Positions 21,392 to 30,835 of a stretch of 64,000 nt of DNA are shown here, one piece after another (position 1 is the first letter of the stretch; each line of letters begins with the position of its first letter). The DNA is from a virus (lineage: Duplodnaviria; Caudoviricetes), in IMG/VR virus record IMGVR_UViG_3300028591_000124, positions 1 through 64,000 of that record; one strand, given 5' to 3'. The position numbers and the translations under genes are program-made. The notes under the pieces were generated by a model, which was not told the origin of the DNA, did not search any database, and saw nothing but the letters and a program-made list of their open reading frames with translations.

Positions 21392-22120
21392 ATGGCGCAA
21401 AATTTAGACAAAGCGGAGAACCAGCTTTCAAAGGTTTCTGATTTTGCTTACCTCCGTGCCGTTGATGGTAGCGGAAATTCAGTGCAGCTCTCCAAGGCAG
21501 ACATAGCCAGGATTCTGGGTAACCATGCCGAGATCATGAGAACTGGAGGTGTTCTGATTGCCACAAGAGAGTCGGACGGTTACCCACGTTTCCGTCAAAT
21601 TGACCAGGCCGCTTCGTACAAGAACCAGGCTGTTGGTGTGGCTATCTTTGAAGGTGGTCATTTGATCATCGTGGCGAAGGACGAGGCTGCTAAACAATGG
21701 GCTACCTCGAATGTTAGCGGTGGTAATGCCGCGAAAGGACGCGAGGCTGCTTTAGCGGACTTTGCTGGACGCTCTAACACGGACACAATCGTGACCACTC
21801 TTGGCGCAAATGCTCCTGCGGCTCAGTATTGTCGTGGTTACTACCCATCGAATGTCGAACAAGGTGATGCGAACTTTGGTGCTGGGCGTTGGTGGATTCC
21901 TTCTGCTGGTGAGTTGTTCACTATCTGGAGTCATCTGTTGGAAGTAAATCGCGCAATGGCGGCGATCAGTGGAACCGCGCTGGATCGAGGAACCTGGTAT
22001 TGGAGTTCGTCCGAGATCAGTGCCGCGTACGCCTGGCTCGTGTACTTCCCCACTGGCACTCTGGGCGACGGCAGCAAGACGTACGAGCGCAGGGTTCGCC
22101 CTGTCTCCGCATTTTATTAA
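21392..22120 (+). CDS. DGR target protein with C-terminal CLec-type variable domain
   Basis: WWIPSAGEL, YWSSSE, AW, RVRPVSAF motifs; 3' end matches TR. Confidence 0.92.
   Translation: MAQNLDKAENQLSKVSDFAYLRAVDGSGNSVQLSKADIARILGNHAEIMRTGGVLIATRESDGYPRFRQIDQAASYKNQAVGVAIFEGGHLIIVAKDEAAKQWATSNVSGGNAAKGREAALADFAGRSNTDTIVTTLGANAPAAQYCRGYYPSNVEQGDANFGAGRWWIPSAGELFTIWSHLLEVNRAMAAISGTALDRGTWYWSSSEISAAYAWLVYFPTGTLGDGSKTYERRVRPVSAFY
22008..22112 (+). repeat. DGR variable region (VR) including IMH
   Basis: 105-bp match to 22764-22868; 19 of 20 mismatches are at TR adenines. Confidence 0.96.
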
Positions 22121-22145
22121 TCTCTTTATCTCTTCAGTCCTTTAT

Positions 22146-22182
22146 CTCTTGTGTCCGGCCCTCCGGGGCGCGGACACAGAGA
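22146..22182 (+). promoter_or_regulatory. GC-rich hairpin/cruciform downstream of VR (DGR homing element, possibly also a terminator)
   Basis: GTGTCCG-GCCC-tccg-GGGC-g-CGGACAC with flanking CTCT/AGAG. Confidence 0.75.
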
Positions 22183-22282
22183 AAAGAAACAATTTCATAA
22201 CAATAAGTTGAATCTAAATCAAAAGGGATAGCTGGACTGGAGAGATCTCTTAATCTGTTTCTAAAATTAAAATAAGCGCAAA

Positions 22283-22654
22283 ATGTTAGCAAGCGATACA
22301 CAAATATACAAAGATACATATACTTTGGCAAACGAGTTGTTCGCTATAACTCAGAAGTTCACCAAGGATGTCAAGTCAACTCTTGCGAGAAGAATTGAGA
22401 ACTGTGTTCTTGATCTGGCTGACTCCATTGTTGAGGCAAATATCGACATCAATCATAGGTCTGAGGTCTTGAAAATAGACTTCATCATCAACTATGAGCG
22501 TTTGCAGTTTGTGTTGAATCTCGCCGTTGCAAGAAAACAAATTACGCTTAGGCAGCAAGCACATATTGCAAGACTTATGTCAAGTATTGGTAAGCAGGCA
22601 ACACGATGGAGACAATCCGCGCCAAAACGGAAGGGTCCGAATGGGGTCTCATAA
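22283..22654 (+). CDS. avd: Accessory variability determinant (Avd-like four-helix bundle)
   Basis: 123-aa helical protein, IGKQATRW C-terminal motif, between VR and TR. Confidence 0.85.
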   Translation: MLASDTQIYKDTYTLANELFAITQKFTKDVKSTLARRIENCVLDLADSIVEANIDINHRSEVLKIDFIINYERLQFVLNLAVARKQITLRQQAHIARLMSSIGKQATRWRQSAPKRKGPNGVS

Positions 22655-22763
22655 GTTGAAAATCGTTTATCAAATGACAGAGTAGACATGAGAATTCGTC
22701 CTTCTATGATGAAATGGTCCGCACACGCTCATTTAGCGTTAAGAGTAAGAAAGTTGCGGAAGC

Positions 22764-22868
22764 CGTCCGAGAACAGTGCCACGAACGCTTGGAACGTGAA
22801 CTTCAACAATGGCAATCTGAACAACAACAACAAGACGAACGAGAACAGGGTTCGCCCTGTCTCCGCAT
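22764..22868 (+). ncRNA. DGR template region (TR)
   Basis: AAC-rich copy of VR between avd and RT; followed by hairpin CGCCACT/AGTGGCG (22883-22904). Confidence 0.96.
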
Positions 22869-22941
22869 ATCATCGAGAGGACCGCCACTATGAAATGAGT
22901 GGCGTACATTCAGTTATGTATAACTAAATGTAGGAACGTGT

Positions 22942-24171
22942 ATGGTCAAGGATGAGTATATATTCGAGGCGTTCCGAATCTGCCTTCGTCACAAGACTGG
23001 TTCGCCAAGCGCAGCCAAGTATTTCTGGGGTTATGAAGAAGACCTGGTGGCACTGTGTGACGAAATCAATGAGCGTACTTATTATCCGACCACAAGCACT
23101 GCTTTTGTTGTTACCAAACCAAAATACCGCGAGGTGTTTGCTGCCAATTTTAGAGATAGAATCGTACATCATTACTGGGCTATGAGAATTGAGCCTCTGT
23201 TGGAATCAATCTTCTCTCCCAGGACTTATAATTGCAGAAAAGACAAAGGCGTTCTGTTTGGCATCAATATGCTATATCAGGACATATACGAATGCTCAGA
23301 GGAATACACTAAAGACTGCTGGGTGGCAGAACTTGATCTCCAGGGTTTCTTTATGAGCATAGACAAACAGCTTTTGTGTGACATGCTAACACAATTCATC
23401 CATGATAATTATTTCGGAGAAGACAAAGATGATATAATCTGGTTGAATCAAATTATTATCATGCATGAGCCGGAAAAAGACTGCCACATCAAAGGAGATC
23501 CAGACTTGTGGAACTATCTTCCAAAAAACAAAAGTCTGTTTACAAATGGGGAAGGACTTGGATTGCCAATAGGTAACCTTTCCAGTCAGCTATCTGCAAA
23601 CTATTTACTGCATTGGCTGGATATGTTCATGGAAAAACTGGGATTCAAGTATCATGGGCGATATGTTGATGACTTCAGGATTATTGACCAAGACAAACAA
23701 AAGATTCTACATGCCATTCCAAAAATCAGGAGATTCTTAAGTTTGTACCTACATGTCAAACTGCATCCAGACAAATTCAACATTAAGCATTACAAACAAG
23801 GTGCAGATTTTACTGGTTCCGTTGTTAAACCTGGAAGAATATATCCGGGAAACAGGACTGTTGGAAACTTTCACAATGCCATCTGGGAACTGAACCAGTG
23901 TCACACCAGAGAACAAATAGAAAAGGCTATTTGCAGCATTAATAGCTACCTTGGTTTTCTTAGACACACCAGTTCCTATCATATCAGACGTAGTGAGATT
24001 TTACAAATACGACCAGAGATTTGGGACTATATTTATGTAAAGGGACGTTTCTATTCGTTGAAGATGAAGAAAAAACCTACTTCCAAGCATTCACATAAGA
24101 ATGATTGGCCGTTGGTTATCTATATGAAGGATCCGATTCATTATGAACTCTTACAAGAGGAATTTATATAA
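22942..24171 (+). CDS. DGR reverse transcriptase
   Basis: FRDRIVHH, GLPIGNLSSQ, YVDD motifs; directly after TR. Confidence 0.96.
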   Translation: MVKDEYIFEAFRICLRHKTGSPSAAKYFWGYEEDLVALCDEINERTYYPTTSTAFVVTKPKYREVFAANFRDRIVHHYWAMRIEPLLESIFSPRTYNCRKDKGVLFGINMLYQDIYECSEEYTKDCWVAELDLQGFFMSIDKQLLCDMLTQFIHDNYFGEDKDDIIWLNQIIIMHEPEKDCHIKGDPDLWNYLPKNKSLFTNGEGLGLPIGNLSSQLSANYLLHWLDMFMEKLGFKYHGRYVDDFRIIDQDKQKILHAIPKIRRFLSLYLHVKLHPDKFNIKHYKQGADFTGSVVKPGRIYPGNRTVGNFHNAIWELNQCHTREQIEKAICSINSYLGFLRHTSSYHIRRSEILQIRPEIWDYIYVKGRFYSLKMKKKPTSKHSHKNDWPLVIYMKDPIHYELLQEEFI

Positions 24172-24194
24172 TATTCACTTTAAAGTTAATTATT

Positions 24195-24509
24195 ATGGCA
24201 AAAGAAAATGTAGAAGAGATGGTTCCTGAGGTAATTGACCAGGACCTCTATGGTGACAAAGTTGAAAAGGTTGGTGGCCGTGCCATCATCCATGTTGAAG
24301 ACGTGATTGTGTCCCTGGTGATTCCAGTGACATATCCTCAGATCGTAAGCGCACTGGTAGACAAGAAGTATCCGTTCGACGCTATGCAGGCCATCCAGAA
24401 CAATTATCTGGCAGATCCTGAGGATGCTGATCACAAGGCTGAATTTGATGCTATGCAGACATGGCGAGCAACGGCCAAGGCAGCAGCTCACGAAATCCTT
24501 GGTGAGTAA
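24195..24509 (+). CDS. Hypothetical protein, possibly a fibre chaperone
   Basis: 104-aa ORF; function inferred from position only. Confidence 0.4.
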   Translation: MAKENVEEMVPEVIDQDLYGDKVEKVGGRAIIHVEDVIVSLVIPVTYPQIVSALVDKKYPFDAMQAIQNNYLADPEDADHKAEFDAMQTWRATAKAAAHEILGE

Positions 24510-24531
24510 AAATCTTACAAAAATTGGGATT

Positions 24532-24560
24532 AGAGGGAATTTTATTCCCTCTTTTTTTAT
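24532..24560 (+). terminator. Intrinsic terminator
   Basis: AGAGGGAAT...ATTCCCTCT followed by T-run. Confidence 0.75.
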
Positions 24561-24575
24561 TTTTATAAGAAAAAA

Positions 24576-24607
24576 TTTGGCGATTTCAAAATTTATATGT
24601 ACTTTTG
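24576..24607 (+). promoter_or_regulatory. Bacteroidetes sigma-A promoter for tRNA pair
   Basis: TTTG at 24576 and TACTTTTG at 24600-24607, 20-nt spacing. Confidence 0.75.
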
Positions 24608-24682
24608 CATCCGTTATGACAAGAACTCTTAAACATAAACGGATTTAAGTCACCGGCCTACAGCTAATGAGGTCGGCAAAAC

Positions 24683-24755
24683 GCTCTCATAGCTCAACAG
24701 GCAGAGTACATGACTTTTAATCTTGGGGTTCAGGGTTCGAGTCCCTGTGGGAGCA
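24683..24755 (+). tRNA. tRNA-Lys(UUU)
   Basis: Acceptor GCTCTCA/TGGGAGC, anticodon loop CTTTTAA, GTTCGAG T-loop. Confidence 0.93.
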
Positions 24756-24774
24756 CAGAACAACAATATTATAT

Positions 24775-24847
24775 CGCGGAATGGAGAAGTTGGTATCTCG
24801 CCACGCTCATAACGTGGAGTTCGGCAGTTCGAGCCTGTCTTCCGCAA
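24775..24847 (+). tRNA. tRNA-Met(CAU), initiator-like
   Basis: C1-A72 mismatch, A11-U24 pair, anticodon loop CTCATAA. Confidence 0.88.
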
Positions 24848-24849
24848 CT

Positions 24850-24880
24850 AAAGAGGGTTTTGAAGCCCTCTTTTTCTTTT
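24850..24880 (+). terminator. Intrinsic terminator after tRNAs
   Basis: AAAGAGGG...CCCTCTTT + T-run. Confidence 0.8.
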
Positions 24881-24907
24881 TCAACAAACCATGCTATAAG
24901 ACAGTCA

Positions 24908-24925
24908 GCTATTTAAATTAAAAGA
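24908..24925 (+). promoter_or_regulatory. Candidate phage late-promoter motif GCTATTT-N4-TAAA (copies also at 49259, 51357, 52974)
   Basis: Four copies, each starting 23-24 nt before a virion/packaging gene ATG. Confidence 0.6.
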
Positions 24926-24930
24926 AAGAT

Positions 24931-25671
24931 ATGACAACAGATATATTGCTGGATGTCAGCCAAAAGGACTTTTTATACGATGAGTCCAGTGCTTCACAAA
25001 CATTCTTTACGGCAGAATATGGAGCACACCAGATAGGAGAAGACACAAACTCTTATCTGGATGTTGTCGTTCCAAACGGTTATACAATCACTCCCGCTTC
25101 GCAAGATGTTTTTATTAAAGCACCATACATCCCAGTCCTAACACCAATTACGATTAGGTTTCTCAAACAATCTGGAACTTCATATAGCATCATCAAGGTT
25201 TTCGGACAAGACAGTCTCCAGCTTTATTTCTACAACCAGAACGGAGAAAAGGAATCGCTTTATGGATGCAAACTGATGGCAATGAATATTGATGGACTTG
25301 TAAGGCTCCATTGTGTGTCGGCTCAAGACGGATGCGAAGTGTTCCTTGCTACTAATGGAGATTTCCAGCTTGGCAATGCCGACAAGAATTCTGTTGATAT
25401 GATGATGGAGTGTGCGCCTGGAAAGAATTACCGATACCCGATGAATGGTGTTGGCGTTGCAAGGTTTCTTGGTTCTATCATTGACAGAACACCGGCAGCT
25501 CCTGATATTCTCAGAGAACTTGGTGATGACAAGCAAAGTGTTCGTGAAGTCTATTATGATCAAGACACTCAGAAAATGAGGGTTATTACGGACGAATATA
25601 ACAATAAACAGAAGATCGACCCTGTTGACACATCAACACTCGACGTAAGCGCATTTGAGGAGGACGAATAA
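24931..25671 (+). CDS. Baseplate wedge protein (gp25/gpW-like C-terminus)
   Basis: APGKNYRYPMNGVG motif; upstream of LysM and J-like genes. Confidence 0.5.
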   Translation: MTTDILLDVSQKDFLYDESSASQTFFTAEYGAHQIGEDTNSYLDVVVPNGYTITPASQDVFIKAPYIPVLTPITIRFLKQSGTSYSIIKVFGQDSLQLYFYNQNGEKESLYGCKLMAMNIDGLVRLHCVSAQDGCEVFLATNGDFQLGNADKNSVDMMMECAPGKNYRYPMNGVGVARFLGSIIDRTPAAPDILRELGDDKQSVREVYYDQDTQKMRVITDEYNNKQKIDPVDTSTLDVSAFEEDE

Positions 25672-26240
25672 TGAAAGAATACACGGTAAAATACGGCCAG
25701 AACATTTACGACATATCATTGATGTTGTATGGCTCAATCGAGGGCATATTCGATCTCCTTGCCAACAATGACGGTATCGATGTAAATAGCCAAATTGCAA
25801 TCGGTACGGTATTGAAATATGACGAGACATTTGAGGTAAATTCCCAGATCAAGAAATGGCTTTTTGACAACAAAATTATTGTCGCAAATGATGAATCTCA
25901 GTTTGATGTCTCAGGAATTGATTTAAACAATCTCCGTATTGTTGTTGATCAGCATGGTCCAACATCTGTTATTGTGGTAACATTATCTTCAGGCACAATG
26001 TATATTGACTGGGGTGATGGTAAGAAAATCGATGTCGTAACAGGCACTTCTGAATTTGTGTTTGACCACCCATATTTGGAAGACGGTAGGCATACTATTC
26101 GTATTTATGGAAATTTTGCACTCAGGAATCTTGACTTTACGGAAATTGGAGGCATATACTATGCAGTTAGTAATTGCAGAGTCACTGGAACATTCAAAGA
26201 GAGCACTAACAGAGCAGATTTAAAAACACTATTTAGATAA
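25671..26240 (+). CDS. LysM-domain baseplate protein (tail X-like)
   Basis: YTVKYGQNIYDISLMLYGS...LLANN; IDWGDG PKD-like segment. Confidence 0.7.
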   Translation: MKEYTVKYGQNIYDISLMLYGSIEGIFDLLANNDGIDVNSQIAIGTVLKYDETFEVNSQIKKWLFDNKIIVANDESQFDVSGIDLNNLRIVVDQHGPTSVIVVTLSSGTMYIDWGDGKKIDVVTGTSEFVFDHPYLEDGRHTIRIYGNFALRNLDFTEIGGIYYAVSNCRVTGTFKESTNRADLKTLFR

Positions 26241-26247
26241 AAAGTAT

Positions 26248-27147
26248 ATGAGTAGAAATATCAAAACCATATATCAGTCAGCAGTGGAGGTAAGGAATCA
26301 ATATCTCCAGCTTGCAACCGATAAGACAAACCAGTTGTCTGCAAGTAGAATGTCTGTGATGAACATGCTTACTTATGTTATGGCATCGCTCATTTATGTG
26401 TTTGAGAACATGCATGATGTCTTCCTGGCAGATGCTACAAAAATCATCAATCAGCGAACCAATGGGACACCTCAGTATTATGTCTTCATGGCAAAGAACT
26501 ATTCCGTCAATTGTCAGGTCAAAATCAACAAAGACGGAACGGGTCTTGATGTGATTTCTGCTGGAAACCCGCTTTTGATACCGTATGCCAGTTTTGAGAC
26601 CATCAACATCAGTAATGGAATTGTCCTGAAAGTATGTAAGGATGTCAATGGAGAGATTACACCGCTTACTGCGGCAGAGCTTTCTGCATTTACGAATTAC
26701 ATAAAACAAGTCGAATTCGTTGGTGCATCGGTTGTTATCAGGAGTGTTCCAGCCGATATTCTGACACTAAAAATGAGAGTCGTGTATGACGAATCACTTG
26801 TGTCAAAAGAAGAAGCACTTGCAAATATCAAGACTTCAATTGATAATTATGCCAAAGGTCTAACCTATGACGATTACGTGTATCAAGCGTCTATTGTTGA
26901 TGCTATCCAGGCAGCTTTTGGAGTTGTGGATGTTCCGACTACGTTATCTAATGGGACGAGAGGGCAGATACTTGTAGAAAAGAATAACTATTCTGCTGTT
27001 GGTGGATATGACAACCCAGTTGAAATTACTGGGTGGTACAGACCTTATAGCGGATACCTCACCACAATCAAGAATGGCAGTTCTACTATCAATTTGAACA
27101 ATATAGAGCTTCAGTCAAGAAGTGAGTATCTGATGACAAAAAACTAA
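26248..27147 (+). CDS. Baseplate J-like protein
   Basis: GTPQYY; SIVDAIQAAFGVVDV motif. Confidence 0.7.
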   Translation: MSRNIKTIYQSAVEVRNQYLQLATDKTNQLSASRMSVMNMLTYVMASLIYVFENMHDVFLADATKIINQRTNGTPQYYVFMAKNYSVNCQVKINKDGTGLDVISAGNPLLIPYASFETINISNGIVLKVCKDVNGEITPLTAAELSAFTNYIKQVEFVGASVVIRSVPADILTLKMRVVYDESLVSKEEALANIKTSIDNYAKGLTYDDYVYQASIVDAIQAAFGVVDVPTTLSNGTRGQILVEKNNYSAVGGYDNPVEITGWYRPYSGYLTTIKNGSSTINLNNIELQSRSEYLMTKN

Positions 27148-27153
27148 TTCGAT

Positions 27154-27732
27154 ATGGCATTCAGAGACTATAGTGTAAACATTGAAAAGCAAATCAACAG
27201 ACTCTTGCCTTATTATTTGAGAGGCAGGAAGATGATGCTTTTTCTTCACGCTATCAGTTCACCACTCCAGTTCTTCAATACTGGTGATGGTGAATTCAAC
27301 AAGTGGGCTCATAGAAAACTCTTGGATCTTTCGATGTGCGCTCAACGTATGAGATTGGTGTGGTATCTGAATAATGTAACTGTTCCAGATAACGGTATTA
27401 CTCTTACGAATGGCATGAAAATCGCCATTAATGATGAAGCTACGAGTGCCACCATTGCGTATCTAAAAAGTGAAATACGTGACCAGTCAACGGCACCTTT
27501 ATTCTATCCTCATTCGATACCTACAGTATTACGTCTAAAGTCAAACCAAACAGACAAGGCAAAGGCAAAGATTGTTACTCGTCGCATGAATGAGCTTGGA
27601 AGTATTGGTGGAAGATTCACCATATCTGTTCCCTACACTGGTCAGGACAAAGATGATGTCTCCAGGAAAATAGTCGCCTCAATAGGCAGATTTATCCCTG
27701 TTGGTATTACATATAGAATTGTATATATTTAA
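27154..27732 (+). CDS. Baseplate wedge protein (gpI-like)
   Basis: LLPYYLRG N-terminus, PVGITYRIV C-terminus; follows J-like gene. Confidence 0.6.
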   Translation: MAFRDYSVNIEKQINRLLPYYLRGRKMMLFLHAISSPLQFFNTGDGEFNKWAHRKLLDLSMCAQRMRLVWYLNNVTVPDNGITLTNGMKIAINDEATSATIAYLKSEIRDQSTAPLFYPHSIPTVLRLKSNQTDKAKAKIVTRRMNELGSIGGRFTISVPYTGQDKDDVSRKIVASIGRFIPVGITYRIVYI

Positions 27733-27743
27733 AAAGACACAAT

Positions 27744-29405
27744 ATGAAGGAATTAAAAAGCACTACAGGAGGACGATACCTGTTTTTCGAGGATCTGGAT
27801 ACACTCCAGAATTCCGCACTTGCGTCTGCTGCTGCCATTTTCTTCGGGAAAGGCAATTTCGTTATATCTGGTTGTCAGGTAGAAGGAAATTCAATCAGTT
27901 CCGGTTTTGTATATCTGGATGGTAAGATAAGAGAGGTTCCAGCTACATCGAATCTTTCTTTCCCAGTATATATCATTTCCAAAAATACGACAGAACAAGG
28001 CATGTATCTTGATTCTGCTGCACTCCAGGATACGGCTATTACCTACGGTGTTCAGTTTACGACCACCTATAACGCAAACAGTATTCAAGTCAAGAGTACA
28101 GGTCCTGTCAGCACAATGGAACAGGTGTTGTTCTCCGATATGAAGCTGAATGGCGGTATGTCGCTTACAGATTTGGATGTTGCCAATGTCATTCGGTTGA
28201 AATCACAGACAACAGCGTCAAATATCGGCCAGATTCATTTTGACGATGACGGATTCCACTTCAGTACAGGAATCGTGACCGGTACTGGTAAATTTTCTGG
28301 TGATGTAAGTGCTGCTGGAATTACTGGTTCTGAATTGCTCATTAAATATGCGTTACAGACTGCTGAATCGCAAATCGGTATGCAGATTGGTTACAACTTC
28401 ATCAAGCATATTGCGACAGCAGATGGAAGTAAAACGTGTACGATGTCATTCACGGAATATGGCACCACATTCGACAAGAAGATCAATGTGACAGACATGA
28501 TTACTCTTAAGGATACAGACAATGCTTCTCACAACATTATCCTTGGGCCTCATGGACTCCACTATAGCTATACCGACAGACAAATCCTTCAGTGGGGTGA
28601 ATCTGACAATAACACATCGTTCCTTCGTACAGAGAAAGAATTTACTGTAGCAGGAATTAACGGTGATGGTGCCATCATAAACGTACAAAAGCAGACTGCC
28701 AGGGCCAATGAACCAACTTATAAGACGGTGATCACAGAATCATCTATTATGAGTTATTCGCCAGCAACTCAGGACTATCAAAACAACCGCGCTGGTTTCG
28801 ATTTCCTTGACGGTAACGCAAAACTGTACATTCATGGTCACATGTATGACATAGGTGTTTCGCCAAAGGGGTTCCTGTATGACAAGAACAACCCTGAGTT
28901 TGTAGATCCCATTGCTGGTGGCGGCTCAGGTAGTGGCGGTTCAATTGAAGAAGTCTCTGTTGCAACTCTGGATGACGTATCAGTTATTAACTGGAAAAAG
29001 ACTCAGGATGGATCTACCTATACTGGTAAACTTTCACTGGGAGCACCGAGTGATGGTCTGATTTACGATGGTAACATGAAGATTGGTGGTAGCCTTAAGG
29101 TTGTCGGCAGTATTGTTGCCGGTGCCTCTGTTACTGCCAAAGATGTCTATAGTGAGAGTATTCGCATCAAGAATGGCAGTGCTTATGTTCAGGGAAAGGC
29201 TGGTGTGACAACCATTTATAACTACACCAATATTAGATTTGAGATTTCACAGGGTTCTTCTCAGAGCTCACGAATCATTAAATTGATGGGTGATAAGTTG
29301 ACATGCACATATATTGGCGGTATATTGACATCAACCGTTATGAATGCCGGTGAGGTGTTGTCAGGTATTATAACGCCGCATCCAGTATCTATGATAGATC
29401 AGTAA
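27744..29405 (+). CDS. Tail fibre/baseplate-attached protein
   Basis: GGRYLFFEDLDTLQ...VISGC...GFVYLDG N-terminal anchor; beta-rich body. Confidence 0.6.
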   Translation: MKELKSTTGGRYLFFEDLDTLQNSALASAAAIFFGKGNFVISGCQVEGNSISSGFVYLDGKIREVPATSNLSFPVYIISKNTTEQGMYLDSAALQDTAITYGVQFTTTYNANSIQVKSTGPVSTMEQVLFSDMKLNGGMSLTDLDVANVIRLKSQTTASNIGQIHFDDDGFHFSTGIVTGTGKFSGDVSAAGITGSELLIKYALQTAESQIGMQIGYNFIKHIATADGSKTCTMSFTEYGTTFDKKINVTDMITLKDTDNASHNIILGPHGLHYSYTDRQILQWGESDNNTSFLRTEKEFTVAGINGDGAIINVQKQTARANEPTYKTVITESSIMSYSPATQDYQNNRAGFDFLDGNAKLYIHGHMYDIGVSPKGFLYDKNNPEFVDPIAGGGSGSGGSIEEVSVATLDDVSVINWKKTQDGSTYTGKLSLGAPSDGLIYDGNMKIGGSLKVVGSIVAGASVTAKDVYSESIRIKNGSAYVQGKAGVTTIYNYTNIRFEISQGSSQSSRIIKLMGDKLTCTYIGGILTSTVMNAGEVLSGIITPHPVSMIDQ

Positions 29406-29491
29406 TTATTAACATCTAAATAGTACGACTATGAGAATAATGAATTATGGTAATGACTACGCCCATAGGGACAAAATGGAGACTGTAGGAA

Positions 29492-29872
29492 ATGTTGAAG
29501 AGCGTAAAACCCAAGTTCAGGAATCCCCAGAACCCGAAACCAAAGGTGAAGGAGAGGCCGAGAAAAACAAGGGCAGAAAAGCCCGTAAAGCATAAGTTTT
29601 CGGATACAAGACTGGGGTGGCTTATTATGAATGAGGCCCCAGTTTTGTATTCTGTGATTACTGAGATATGCCCATTGCCAAGCAAAGATCTTCTTAGATC
29701 AATTGCTGGGAATTCCAATGAATCCTTTTTTAAATCAGACGAGTTCTGGAATGAGTTGGTCAAATACAATCCAAACAAAACGTGGAGCCCATCTGTAAAA
29801 GAAGAAATCAAAAGAATCAAAAGGAGGGTTTTTTCTAAGCAATCGATAGACAGAATCATCGATTCCAAATAA
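29492..29872 (+). CDS. Hypothetical basic protein
   Basis: 126-aa ORF before a bidirectional hairpin. Confidence 0.5.
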   Translation: MLKSVKPKFRNPQNPKPKVKERPRKTRAEKPVKHKFSDTRLGWLIMNEAPVLYSVITEICPLPSKDLLRSIAGNSNESFFKSDEFWNELVKYNPNKTWSPSVKEEIKRIKRRVFSKQSIDRIIDSK

Positions 29873-29877
29873 CAAAG

Positions 29878-29910
29878 AACCCCAGCTGTCCTCACGGATG
29901 ACTGGGATTT
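29878..29910. terminator. Hairpin between convergent units carrying CATCCGTGAGGACAG (minus strand)
   Basis: CCCAG...CTGGG stem around CTGTCCTCACGGATG. Confidence 0.6.
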
Positions 29911-29957
29911 AGCGTATTAATTTTTAAAATTCCAACAGAAAATATTTATATCCTATA

Positions 29958-30314
29958 TTATAGAGGGATAAGGTTTGGCCTATACTTGATCCGAATTGAG
30001 TTGAAAGCGTAGAACAAGACTTGTGATGCGTTTGGCGCAGTTGCAAGTGTCTCAGTCCACGTACCCCATTTCCAGCGTCTATTATCGAATGTGGCCAATT
30101 GGATTTGAAAATATGGTTTTACTTGTCCTTCAATGAAGAAACATACCGCAACACGCATAGCCGTCCATGTGTTGTGTTTCAAATCAATTGGAAACTGGAA
30201 CCGCAAGTTCACCATCATGTCATTACACTCAGATGTCCTATCTGGTTCGAACCCCATTTTCTTAAGCTGATTTTTGAATTCCTGTACTGTCATATCAAAT
30301 ATAAATAGAGTCAA
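29958..30314 (-). CDS. Hypothetical protein
   Basis: Last ORF of leftward operon. Confidence 0.55.
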   Translation of the reverse strand: MTLFIFDMTVQEFKNQLKKMGFEPDRTSECNDMMVNLRFQFPIDLKHNTWTAMRVAVCFFIEGQVKPYFQIQLATFDNRRWKWGTWTETLATAPNASQVLFYAFNSIRIKYRPNLIPL

Positions 30315-30316
30315 AC

Positions 30317-30835
30317 TTATTGTTGCGGATTATTAACCTCATAATTTTTACGAGCTTGCTTAGCCCAGTCCATCACTAAATCGTGGTATGAATTATCAGT
30401 TGCAGAATATGGCCGTTCCAATATCCATTTGTTTATACGATGTTTCTCACGAATAATATGAGACTTTATCCTGGAGCCTTTTGTGCTTGCGATGTTTGCA
30501 TCGCTCAGTGTTTCCAGAACCGGATTGCTGTCACACACAATTCTGACTATAACACCCTTTGGCATCTTTGCGAGGACGCTCCAGATAGACATCAGACAAA
30601 GTTCAAAATAACTCTTTCCGACAAATACTTTGCATTGTTGCTGAGTCTCGCCAGCTTTGTTAATGATACAGTATGAAGCAGCACCGGTTGACGGTACACG
30701 TTTTAGATTTGCTGAGTAACCAATGTATGCAATATAGTTCGGCTCACCTATTGAATCTCCAAATGTCTTATATCTTCCCATTCTTTTTGATCTTTGATTT
30801 CTTATATTCTTGATATTGTTTTCTCTCTTGTGCAT
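30317..30835 (-). CDS. RNase HI-like fold protein, apparently catalytically degenerate
   Basis: GAASYCII, LMSIWSVL, VRIVCDS, terminal helix DWAKQA match RNase HI topology; only the CDS Asp is retained. Confidence 0.6.
   Translation of the reverse strand: MHKRENNIKNIRNQRSKRMGRYKTFGDSIGEPNYIAYIGYSANLKRVPSTGAASYCIINKAGETQQQCKVFVGKSYFELCLMSIWSVLAKMPKGVIVRIVCDSNPVLETLSDANIASTKGSRIKSHIIREKHRINKWILERPYSATDNSYHDLVMDWAKQARKNYEVNNPQQ

Noticed and set aside
22688-22927. 79-aa Asn-rich ORF
   Set aside because: It is the DGR template region read in frame, not a credible protein
22942-24171. RT as retron or group II intron
   Set aside because: The avd-TR-VR context and IGNLSSQ motif identify it as DGR-type
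24654-24677. Hairpin upstream of tRNA-Lys as a ribozyme
   Set aside because: Simple CCGGCCT/AGGTCGG stem-loop; no pseudoknot or catalytic core recognisable
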